Assembly: GCA_965237955.1 (NCBI GenBank)
Contig: OZ250169.1
Coordinates: 896,001 to 960,000, forward strand
Direction: 5' to 3'
From: Candidatus Marinacidobacterales bacterium
GTDB lineage: Bacteria; Acidobacteriota; Vicinamibacteria; Marinacidobacterales; SMYC01
DNA length: 64,000 nucleotides
The translations under genes were made by a program, and so were the position numbers. The notes beneath the pieces were generated by a model, which was given only the letters and a program-made list of their open reading frames with translations, searched no databases and was not told the DNA's origin. This document shows positions 1 through 9,133 of the stretch, in pieces; positions within the stretch are counted from its first letter, which is position 1; each line of letters starts with the position of its first letter.

Positions 1-647
1 CAAGCACGAGAAGGAGCGAACTCATAACCACTGGGGGAGCACGAACGGAGAGCTGAGCTTCGGTGGTCGTCGCATCCAAGTGTCGCGACCTCGAGTTCGC
101 TCGAAGTCGGGCGAGGAGGCGTCGCTTCCACACTTCGAAGCCTTCCGCGAAGAAGACCCGCTTCCAGAGCGAGTGTTGAATCAGATCTTGGTGGGGGTAT
201 CGACCCGAAATTACGAATCGAGTCTGGACAAACCCGCGGCCAAGTTGAAGTCTCGTGGCACGAGTAAGAGTGCCGCCAGCCGTCACCTCGTGAGCCAGAC
301 GACTAAGAAGCTCGAGGAATACCTGTCTCGGCGGCTAGAGGAGTTCGAGCTTGCGGCACTGATGCTGGATGGCCTTGAGGTGGCCGGACAGACCGTCGTC
401 GTAACTCTCGGTATCACAATAGATGGAACGAAGGTGCCCCTGGGTATATGGCTGGGCTCGACGGAGAACTCTCGGGTGTGCACCGCGATGTTGCAGGACC
501 TTCTCGAGCGAGGCTTGCGCGTCGATGAGTCGATTCTCTGCGTAGTGGACGGGGGCAAAGGCATCCGCAAGGCACTCGTCGACGTTTTTGGGGACCTCGC
601 GGTCATCCAAAGGTACCAGATCCATAAACTCCGAAATCTTCGCTCGT
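1..647 (+). pseudogene. IS256-family (Mutator-type) transposase; 5' part lies outside the window, 3' part cut off by the repeat at 648
   Basis: ORF 80..688 has IS256 motifs (GVSTRNY, LMLDG, LGITIDGTKVPLG..GSTEN, DLLERGL, VVDGGKG, QRYQIHK). Homology stops at the repeat. Confidence 0.85.
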
Positions 648-1027
648 CGTCCTGTGCCAAAACTCGGCCCTTTCGAAATAGACCATAAATCAGCAGCTTA
701 GCGACTGGGCCAAAGGCCCTTAGGCTCTACAGTTACCCAAAACTCGCGGTCGACGTTCGAGAGCCGCGGCCGTTTCACCGAACGGCGGAGGACGGCGAGC
801 TGCTGCCGAAGAGCGACATTGTCGAGAGCCAGCTCGCGACGAGCCTTGAAGGCGGAGATGAGAGCGCGAACAAACGACGAAATCAAGCAGGCATGGTGCC
901 GGCAGACCGGAGACTAATCAAGTTTGGGGCGCCCGGATGAATAAATAGAAGGCACAGGCCCTTGGCCCAGTCGCTAAGCTGCTGATTTATGGTCTATTTC
1001 GAAAGGGCCGAGTTTTGGCACAGGACG
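648..1027. mobile_element. MITE-like element with perfect 66-bp inverted ends ('A-end'), enclosing a transposase N-terminal remnant and a 'B-end'
   Basis: 648-713 is the exact reverse complement of 962-1027. No target duplication. Confidence 0.8.
735..886 (-). pseudogene. N-terminal remnant of an rve/integrase-core DDE transposase
   Basis: RRELALDNVALRQQLAVLRRSVKRPRLSNVDREFWV resembles the N-terminus of rve transposases (ENLALRQQL..LRR..RPRL...DR.FWV). A second remnant is at 23818-23875. Confidence 0.65.
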
Positions 1028-1028
1028 G

Positions 1029-1446
1029 GAGACGGACATTGAGCATATCGTCGCACGCTCCGAGGCGCACGACAGTGGGCTCTGTGCGGCGGATGAGGCA
1101 ACTCGACGACGCTTTGCAACAGATCTGCTGAATCTGACGCTGGCAAGTCCCGGCGTGAACCGGAACCAGAAGCGTGCTCGCGACGCCGCGGAGTGGCTAC
1201 CGGACCGGAACCGGTGCTGGTTTGCGGACCGTAGCCTTGCGGTCCGCCGAAAGTACGGTCTGACGATAGACCAACGGGAGGCAGACGCCCTTGAGGGCGT
1301 ATTGTCTGGCTGCCAGTCGACCGACTTGGTCGTGTTGGCCCACGGCGTCTCACCAGTCGCTCAGGACATCACCTCGACGGCCGCCGATGTGCATGAGATG
1401 CTTGTTCAGTGGGACGACAACGACGACGGCCGTATCACGTGTGCCG
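1029..1446 (+). pseudogene. Internal fragment of an HNH/DUF1524-like nuclease protein
   Basis: In-frame DIEHIVARSEAHDSG...NLTLASPGVNRNQK..DAAEWLP..NRCWF, ending WDDNDDGRITC. Both ends are cut by A-end copies. Confidence 0.65.
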
Positions 1447-1508
1447 ACAGACACTAAGCTGCTGATTTATGGGGCTATTTCAAAAGGGCCGAGTTTTGGC
1501 ACAGGACG
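1447..1508 (-). repeat. A-end repeat, copy 3
   Basis: ctaagctgctgatttatggggctatttcaaaagggccgagttttggcacaggacg. Confidence 0.9.
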
Positions 1509-1516
1509 GGAACGCC

Positions 1517-2956
1517 TCAACCCGTCCGCCTCACGATATGAAGGACCGGAGGAGCGGACTTCCGAAACCTCGACAACGCGCCCGCCGCTAGAACAAAAGC
1601 ATGTGCTGGATCATCTCGCTCGGTTTGGTTTGTACCAGCCTTGATAAGTCTGCAATTCCCGGATGTGTCGCTCTGCACCGTCGCGGCCGCCAGCGCAACG
1701 CGCATCAACGCCCGAGACGAAGGCTCAACACTGAGCTCGCCATCCAAGGCAAGCGCACGTACAGCGCGTATATCGGCGGAGCTTTCCGACCATCGAGTTA
1801 CCCTTGGGAAAATGCGAACCTTGCCGGCGAAGGCGTCCAGGAGCTCGGGGAGTCTAAACCTATCGCACACCAAGAACGCGAGCCCCGGCCATCGCCTAAG
1901 AACTTCATCGGCCAGAACGGAAACCCGTGGAATATTCCTGCCACGGTCTACCAACAACGAGCCCTCATCAACAAGCCGTTGATAGGCTCCTCTCACCGCA
2001 ACGTCTCTTTTTTCCTGTGCTGCGATATCGGGAAGCCCGCTTGTGATCGCGACCGCTTCAACACGCCCACCAGGAAAAACGGCGGTGGCTGCACTCCACG
2101 ACCTACCCGAGCCCAAATCGACGCCGACCACTGGCGCACCGCAGTCCGGCCCGAGCTCGCGGCCCTCGCACTTTCGCCACTCGGGAACGGTAAGCAGCAT
2201 TGTGGATTCGTCGGTGCTTTCCAGGTTCAACCGAAAACTCAAAAATCTGGCTTTCAACCTCTCGTCTTTTCTTGCTGCGTCTCTCTCTTGCAACAGCTTC
2301 TTGCGAAACTCCGACGAGATTTCAGTGAGCGGATTGCACCGTCTAATCTCTGCCCATGAATCCCAGCGATCGAGACGGCCGCGGAGCTCTTGAACGTACA
2401 CGCTCCCGCCCGAGCCCTTGTCGATAAGCGCAAGCCACCATGAGCCCGGCCGCGAAGGCGCACGAGTGCCAACGGCCAGAACACGGAGTTTGCTCGACGG
2501 CTTCCCTTGCGCCGTGAGAATCGCGTCCCACATATCGGAGCCCGCTTGGTTTTCCCAACTTGAAGGTTCGTCGCAGAAAACCATAGACACACCGACAAGC
2601 CCGTGAGCCGTTCGCGGATTGCTCGACATCACCCGGAGCTCGACGCCGTTCTTAGTGTCCCGAGCGCCCATCGAAGTTAGAGACGAGCTCCAACGGTACA
2701 GGCCCAGTTCTTCAAGCTCCCGTTTCACAAACTTGTGAGCGAACCTGCTTTGAGCCGTGCTACCGCTAATCAACACGACCTCGTTGTTGGGCTTGTAGAG
2801 ACTGGAGCCAGGTGTCATCGCCAGCGCAACAACGTGGGCTGCTAACGCCGTTTTTCCGTTTCCACGCGGAATACTCAGGACTCCCAAGTCAATACCAGGA
2901 GCCAGAGAACGTCGAATCCACGTCCGTTGAAACGACCTCAACTGGCTGTCCAGCAC
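1517..2956 (-). CDS. Phage terminase large subunit
   Basis: 479 aa. Walker A PRGNGKT, Walker B VFCDE, CNP motif, nuclease GVDLG and a C-terminal DD motif. Confidence 0.85.
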   Translation of the reverse strand: MLDSQLRSFQRTWIRRSLAPGIDLGVLSIPRGNGKTALAAHVVALAMTPGSSLYKPNNEVVLISGSTAQSRFAHKFVKRELEELGLYRWSSSLTSMGARDTKNGVELRVMSSNPRTAHGLVGVSMVFCDEPSSWENQAGSDMWDAILTAQGKPSSKLRVLAVGTRAPSRPGSWWLALIDKGSGGSVYVQELRGRLDRWDSWAEIRRCNPLTEISSEFRKKLLQERDAARKDERLKARFLSFRLNLESTDESTMLLTVPEWRKCEGRELGPDCGAPVVGVDLGSGRSWSAATAVFPGGRVEAVAITSGLPDIAAQEKRDVAVRGAYQRLVDEGSLLVDRGRNIPRVSVLADEVLRRWPGLAFLVCDRFRLPELLDAFAGKVRIFPRVTRWSESSADIRAVRALALDGELSVEPSSRALMRVALAAATVQSDTSGNCRLIKAGTNQTERDDPAHAFVLAAGALSRFRKSAPPVLHIVRRTG

Positions 2957-3047
2957 CCCTCAGATACCCCCGTTTATGGAATCAAGCCCCAAAGCGTTGT
3001 AGGGAACCTCTATATGCACGAACAGGGTCCCCCCCTCATGCTCTGGC

Positions 3048-3335
3048 TTAGATGAGAATCCTATTGAACTCATCATCGTTTACGTGTTCGTGTTTGCCAT
3101 GATGAGACAGCCAAGCATGAGCCTTGCTCTTGCTAATCTGCACCCACACGTTGCCGTCGGCCGGGCGCACATAATTGTGAAACTCGGTTTCCCAAAGGGA
3201 CTCGCCCGGAGTGTGATCGAACCCGGTCCCCGGTTCGACCTTGTGTTCTATTGCTCGAGACTTGTCGAACACAGCCGATTCCACACCGTCACCTACAAGG
3301 ACTTGCTGTAGATCGCGTTCCTCACGTTTCATCAT
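3048..3335 (-). CDS. Hypothetical protein upstream of the terminase
   Basis: 95-aa ORF with AGGAGAG RBS, co-oriented with the terminase. Confidence 0.5.
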   Translation of the reverse strand: MMKREERDLQQVLVGDGVESAVFDKSRAIEHKVEPGTGFDHTPGESLWETEFHNYVRPADGNVWVQISKSKAHAWLSHHGKHEHVNDDEFNRILI

Positions 3336-3649
3336 TCGACTCTCCTTTCAAGAGGGGGTAGGAGCGCAGCGCCTAAGGAGAAACAGGGAGACGCCGCGCC
3401 CCTTGATAGCGTCGCGGGTATGACGAAGACCCAACGACGCCCTTGTGAGGGAAGGCGGGTGAAAATGCCGTACACCCAGCCTCCCACATGCGAACGTGCA
3501 ACACAGGGTTTTATTTGCACGTTCGCAGCTTCTTGTCATCGACATCATCCGCGATAGGCCGGAAGCCCAACAGGTGCAACTCAAGCAACCCCTGCGGTCT
3601 GACTCCCCGGACATCAATGCCGTCCTCGACCACGGCGGCACCGTGCAGC

Positions 3650-3763
3650 TGCCTTGGTGCATAACTCTGGACAACTCTAAAGGAATCAGCAGGTTACGTT
3701 TTTGGTGCAAAAATAGCAGAGTCGATGGAATCAATGACTTACCTGTATTTATGCACCAAGGCA
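3650..3763. mobile_element. 114-bp MITE with TIRs of the IS5/IS903-like element 'IS-B'
   Basis: TGCCTTGGTGCATAA...TTATGCACCAAGGCA (15-bp TIR), almost identical to the IS-B TIR TGCCTTGGTGCACAA. Confidence 0.8.
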
Positions 3764-3830
3764 GCCAGGGCCTAGAGTCCAGTCCCGGACTAATAATGAT
3801 GATGGACAACCACCCGCGTGCCCCATCCGG

Positions 3831-4358
3831 CTATTGGCCGACAGGGCTCATGAAGCCGCCGCTCACGGCGATCAGCACGAGCATGACACCCCACCCGGCC
3901 ACGCACACCACCACCGCGCGCCATGTCGTCGTGAAATCAAGCGCCTGCCGCACCGCCACCACCATCGCGACGAGCATCCAGATCGCTACCACCAGAAGAA
4001 GCAGGTCGCCGAGCAGCCCTGGCACGATGCCAAGCACGCGCACCACGCCTGGGGCCGCGGCGAAGCCGGTGGTCCGGAGCAACTCCTCCACATCGGAGCG
4101 CGTCTGGGGCTGCGCGAAGACCTTGGTGCCGAGGACGTAGATCAGGACAGCCCAGATGAGCCAGCCGAGCAGCGCCCCCAGGGTGCCGACGATGAAGTCC
4201 GCACCCTGGCCCCCCGCCAGGCCGATACCGCCGGCCACGCTCGAGAGGACAACCACACCCATCGCCTGCGCGGTGGCTCTCGGATCCGCCTCGACCTCCT
4301 CGTAGATGTTTGGTTTCAGACGGGCAGCGCCAACGACGCGTTCAGCAAAGGTATGCAT
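3831..4358 (-). CDS. Yip1-like membrane protein
   Basis: GAARL...YEEVEAD..ATAQA followed by about 5 hydrophobic helices and LLRTTGFAAAPG. Start re-placed at ATG 4358. Confidence 0.7.
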   Translation of the reverse strand: MHTFAERVVGAARLKPNIYEEVEADPRATAQAMGVVVLSSVAGGIGLAGGQGADFIVGTLGALLGWLIWAVLIYVLGTKVFAQPQTRSDVEELLRTTGFAAAPGVVRVLGIVPGLLGDLLLLVVAIWMLVAMVVAVRQALDFTTTWRAVVVCVAGWGVMLVLIAVSGGFMSPVGQ

Positions 4359-4385
4359 ACGCTTACAGAGTATGCCATGCCTCGT

Positions 4386-4502
4386 TGTGATCCGCATAAA
4401 AGAAGATCGCCTATCGATGGGCCCTTGGTCCGGTCGCAAACACAGGTACTGAGCTGCTGATTTATGGTCTATTTCAAAAGCGCCGAGTTTTGGCACAGGA
4501 CG
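4386..4502. mobile_element. Hybrid mini-element: 'C-end' (TGTGATCCGCATAAAAGAAGATCG) joined to A-end copy 4
   Basis: The left end matches 21099-21122; the right end is the A repeat. Confidence 0.65.
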
Positions 4503-4622
4503 GGGACCAATTGGCGATATCCCACCGACGGAATTCGAACATTGGTATGATTGCCGGCAACGGTCTGGTCTCGCTGAGGCCGGACTCAACTAAAACACTC
4601 TCCGGAAAACACGGGCGGTTCA
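4503..4622 (+). pseudogene. IS3-family orfB 3' remnant with right end
   Basis: GPIGDIPPTEFEHWY followed by ctccggaaaacacgggcggttCA. Confidence 0.6.
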
Positions 4623-4656
4623 GTTTTGATTTAATAAGCTTCTCTTGGGTCGTCAT
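4623..4656 (-). pseudogene. Possible IS481-like transposase N-terminal remnant
   Basis: MTTQEKLIKSK with a strong RBS (aaggaggaaaga), cut by the IS3 end. Very short. Confidence 0.4.
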
Positions 4657-4737
4657 GGGTCTCTTTCCTCCTTATGTCGTTTGGCCCTGCTAGAGACCGT
4701 CAAGGCAGGCACTGCAAGTACTGAATAGTCAGGAGAG

Positions 4738-6874
4738 ATGATGCAGCTCACGAAGGTGTACATCCGTTTTTTCAAGTCCTTCAACTACGACTATGAGCGG
4801 AAGTTCGCTCGGACGTCAACGCCAGATCCGTGGGAATATATCGATGGTGCATGGTACCCCTTCGTTCGGATCGATTTGGAACCATCAATCACCACAATCG
4901 TCGGTGCGAACGAATCTGGGAAGAGCCACCTGCTTGACGCCATCGAGAGGCTGATCACCGGATCCGGAATTGACCGGAGCGAGTTTTGTCGCTACTCACA
5001 CTTCTTCTCTGTCCAACAGGGCGAGCGTCGTTCACCTGATTTTGGAGGCGAATTCGAACTCGTCAACGAAACGGACGTCGAGCTTGCGAATACGCACCTG
5101 CAGATTGATGCACCGGTGGGCGAGCGGTTCCACTTGTTTCGCCTAAACGGAGGTTCTCCGGTCATTTACCGTTCCGGGCAGGATGCGCCCATCAAGGTTA
5201 AGGCGAAGCAGGCTAAGCTGAGCCTCGTACTGCCGGCTGTGTTCAGGCTTGATGCTCACGTGCCCCTTCCAGCCAATATCCCGCTCTGTGAACTTGCGCC
5301 GAATGCGAACCGCCCGCACGGGACCAGGCGGTCAAGGCGTTCAGTCTTTGAGGGCATCCTCGGTAAGGCTTGGTCAAATGCCGACGAGTTCACCAAAGCA
5401 GCCCCGAAGCTCTACGGTCTATTCTCTGGTACGCCAACCGATGATGGCGACTGCGGCGGCGTCGAACAGCAGTACGAACTTGGCCGATCCCTGCTCTTTA
5501 GAGTCGCGAAAATTGATCCAACGACTTTTGAGGATTTATCCGAGGCGATTGCCGACGAACGGGAAGGGTACGTCAACGGCGTCCTCCAGAAGATCAACGA
5601 CGCTCTGGCCAGTCATCTGAATTTCCAGCGCTGGTGGGCACAAGACCGTGAGTTCCGGCTGATGGTGTCTCCACGCGAACATGAACTCGTGTTTACTATC
5701 CATGACTGCACACGGACAGACTACTCGTTCGCGGAGCGCAGTAATGGGCTGAAGTACTTCCTGAGCTACCACGTCCAGCTGCTTGCTCACCAGCCGCCGG
5801 TAACGGGACAGCCGGAGATCTTGCTCATGGATGAACCAGACGCCTATTTGTCGAGTCAAGGGCAGCAGGACCTCCTTCGCATCCTGGAGGCGTTCGCCCT
5901 TCCAGATGACCACAGTCGACGAGACCAAGTTGTCTACGTGACGCATTCGCCCTTCCTCATCAACCGTAATGCCGGCGACCGCATCCGTGTCCTCGATAAG
6001 GGCGTCACTGACGAAGGCACTCGGGTGGTGAAGGATGTCGCGCGAAACCACTACGAGCCGCTCCGATCGTCACTGGGCGCGTTTGTCGGTGAAACATCTT
6101 TCATCGGTGGGTCGAATCTCTTTGTTGAGGGCTTGGCCGACCAAGTTCTGCTCGCCGGCGTGAGCACGCACTTGCTGGCCGTAGGCGCGCCGAAGATGGA
6201 CACACTGGACTTGAATACTACGACGATCGTGCCCGCGGGATCGGCCTCCAGCGTCCCGTATCTGGTCTACCTCGCACGAGGTCGCGATGTGGTTCGTCCC
6301 GCGTGCGTCGTACTGCTTGACAGCGACAGGCCAGGCGACGATGCCGTCAAAGTACTGGCACGGGGTGGCCCACGTCACCGAGAGCTCCTGCCTTCTAATT
6401 TTGTGGTGCAGATGGGCACTTGGGCAGCAACGAAACCAACCATCGTAGCTAATGTCGTTGTGCGGGAGCTTGAGGATCTGGTTCCGGTTTCCGTCGCCGT
6501 TGCCGCCGCACGGAACTACGCTGTGAAAGTGGCGGATGTTTCGCATGAAGCAGCGGACAGGCTTGGCGAGGATCATGTCACGCAGATACGGAAAGAGTCG
6601 GGCTCGCTGTTCGATGCCCTCGCCTTGGCATTTACGGATTGCTTGGGACAAGATGCCCACATAGAGAAGGTCGGATTCGCCAAAGAGGTCATTGCGGTGC
6701 TGGCGGCGTCGCGCGGCGCCGCACCGTCGCCAGCTATTGAGGAGCTTCAGCTAAAATTTGGCCAGCTTCTAAGTCACCTCGCGAAACTCCTACGACGGGC
6801 CAACCAGCGCGAAGAAGAGCGACGCTTGAACAACAGGTTGAATCGAACGATCGCCGCATTTCTCGACGACTACC
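4738..6874 (+). CDS. OLD-like ABC-type ATPase plus TOPRIM nuclease, C-terminus interrupted by IS5
   Basis: Walker A GANESGKS, signature RSNG, Walker B LLMDEPD, THSP H-loop, TOPRIM LFVEG and LLDSD. The ORF runs into the IS at 6875. Confidence 0.75.
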
Positions 6875-7959
6875 GGCGTTGTTGCACGGCCCGGAGCAAA
6901 TCGCTGACCTCCCTGTGCCGGTTGCAGAGTCACCCGGCGCAGTACGTATCGGGCATCCCGAGCGCAGCCATCTTGTTGAGTATCTCGCACCCAATTCGGT
7001 GTTCAACTCGTTGCCTCGCCAACGTTCGAGCCCGCATCTCCGGCCCGATGATCGCCTTGTAACGATAGACCGCGTTCTCCGCCATGCTTCGCTTGGTGTA
7101 GCCTGAGAGCTTGTACCATTCACGTCGGCCGTGTCTTTCGATTGCACGAATATGGCGATCGCGCTCCTGCATGGCGGTGTTCGAATTCTGACTGAGCGTC
7201 GCGTTTCGTTGCGGCGGAATCACCACGCGCGTCCTTCGTCCAGGACTGTGCGCTTCGATGGCTTCGTAGACCGCTTCCTTGTCGTATGCACTGTCCGCCG
7301 CCACCGACACTAGAGGTGCTTGAATCTGTGTTAGCAAAGCGGGGACTCGGGTTGCGTCGCGAGCGCGTGACGCCGTCAGTTCGGACGCAACAATGTTCCC
7401 TGTCTCGCGATCAACGGCGATGTGCAACTTGCGCCATGCGCGCTGCTTTGGCGGTTTGCGGGCGTTTCCAACATGAATCCTCAAGCCCGTGCTATCGATC
7501 ATCAGGTGGATGGGTTGAGTGCTCGCGGCTTTCGGAATCCGCAGCTTCTTGCGGAGCAACCTCGAGCGCCGACACAACGTCGAGTAGTCCGGGATCTCGA
7601 TACCGAGCCCGAGAAGCGAGGCGATCGAGTGCAAGAAGCCTTCGGTTTGTCGGTAGGCGAGCTTGTACACCATCCGGACAACCAGGCCCGTTTCAATCGC
7701 CATGTCTGAATAGACCCGTTGACCGCCAGGCTTACCGGTCTTGTCGGCCTTCCAGTTCGCGATTGCCTCCTCGTCAAACCAGACTGTCAAATCGCCCCGG
7801 CGGCGCAGCCCTTCGTTGTATTCCGCCCAGTTGCGAACGTGGTACTTCTTCTGCTTCGCGTGCTTGTACTGGCAGCGCTTGGGATACTTCATGCTCGAAC
7901 ATACCTCGGCCACCACCATAGGCGGATTTCGCTCTCAGCCAGAGCGGTGCAACAACGCC
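6875..7959 (-). mobile_element. IS5-family (IS903-like) element 'IS-A', copy 1; transposase 6930-7919
   Basis: TIR GGCGTTGTTGCAC, 1085 bp. NWAEYN..L..RG.LTVW, DSTG, WRKLH, ADSAYD, Y..RS..E motifs. No TSD. Confidence 0.95.
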
Positions 7960-8080
7960 GCCCAGGGGTCGGAAGCCAGCCCTGCGGTGCGAAATACCCT
8001 GGATTCTGCGCGGATTCCAAGGACGTCTAAGCTGCTGATTTGCGGTCTATTTCAAAAGGGCCGAGTTTTGGCACAGGACG
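7960..8080 (-). repeat. A-end copy 5 with type-II inner sequence
   Basis: Matches 9014-9133 and 24757-24875. Confidence 0.9.
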
Positions 8081-8310
8081 GGGAACGGGTCAGCCGGTCG
8101 ACCTTGTAGACCACGATCTGCTCGACGAGACCGGCATCGATGTCGGCGAGCAAGCGCTGTAGGCCCGGGCGCTCCAGGGTTCCTCCCGAGAGCCCCGCGT
8201 CCTCGTAGACGGTTGGCAGCAGCACCCAGCCCTCCGCTTTCTGGCTCGCGACATACGCGGCGCAGGCTTCTCGCTGCGCATCGAGGGAGTTGAACTCCTG
8301 TTCGAGACCC
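8081..8310 (-). pseudogene. Large serine recombinase catalytic-domain fragment
   Basis: GLEQEFNSLDAQREAC..Y...GW...YED.G.SGG..ERPGL.RLL.DI..G....IVVYKVDRLTRS. Confidence 0.85.
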
Positions 8311-8526
8311 CGTCGTGTCCAAAAATACAAACGAACTCAAGATCGGCACGCCGGGACGTTTCGGAATAGATTGATGACAGCTAGTGGACCCACTGGTAGT
8401 TGATGCGGGCACGAATCAAAGCTGGGGATTATTACAGCGAATTGGAATCCTCGTTCAAGGGGAAACCGTAGTATCCTGGGAGCGTCTTTCAATACAGAAG
8501 GGGGCAACGCCATTTGGAGGAGAACT

Positions 8527-8778
8527 ATGGCAAAAGCGCGAGTGTTGACGCGGTTGGAACTAGCCGAGCATTTGGGTGTCGATAAACAGATGGTAACGAA
8601 ATGGGAGCGGTCTGGGATGCCGGTCCACACCAGAGGGCGCGGCGTGGCGTCTCAATTCCGTCTGGGGGAGGTCCGGGCGTGGCTAAGGGTGCGGGAAGCG
8701 AAGGCCAAAGCGGCGGAGAAGGCGAAGGTGCGGGAAGCCAAAGCGTCAGAGAAGGCGAAGAAGACAGCGAAGGGTTAG
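8527..8778 (+). CDS. Small HTH protein (phage Nu1/excisionase-like) with an Ala/Lys-rich tail
   Basis: LAEHLGVDKQMVTKW..SGMP...RG....F....V.AW; GGAGG RBS. Confidence 0.6.
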   Translation: MAKARVLTRLELAEHLGVDKQMVTKWERSGMPVHTRGRGVASQFRLGEVRAWLRVREAKAKAAEKAKVREAKASEKAKKTAKG

Positions 8779-9133
8779 CCCCAAAGGTTTGCTCCCAGAC
8801 CCGCCGTAAGCTGGCGAAGTCCAAACCGTCCAAAACGACGTTCCGGCCAATCCCTGTATCCTGCGGCATCACCGAACGTTCGCTCTTGTGCTCGATAAAG
8901 TCCAGTCTAATGAAGGACTTCCGGGTGCGAAGTTCACTGCCCGCAGCTCGCCCCGCAGCCGATTTGAGCCAGCCGTGCGCACCCCCGGTGGGCCTGTCGC
9001 TCGCCACCCGCAGCCCAGGGGTCGGAAGCCAGCCCTGCGGCGCGAAATACCCTCGATTCTGCGCGGATTCCAAGAGCGTCTAAGCTGCTGATTTGTGGTC
9101 TATTTCAAAAGGGCCGAGTTTTGGCACAGGACG
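8777..9133 (-). mobile_element. A-end copy 6 plus type-II module ending in a truncated DUF2924-like gene
   Basis: About 355 bp nearly identical to 24757-25113. Encodes LDGLDFASLRRVWEQTFG. Confidence 0.8.

Noticed and set aside
6875-7062. C-terminus of the 774-aa ATPase ORF
   Set aside because: It is read-through into the antisense strand of IS-A.
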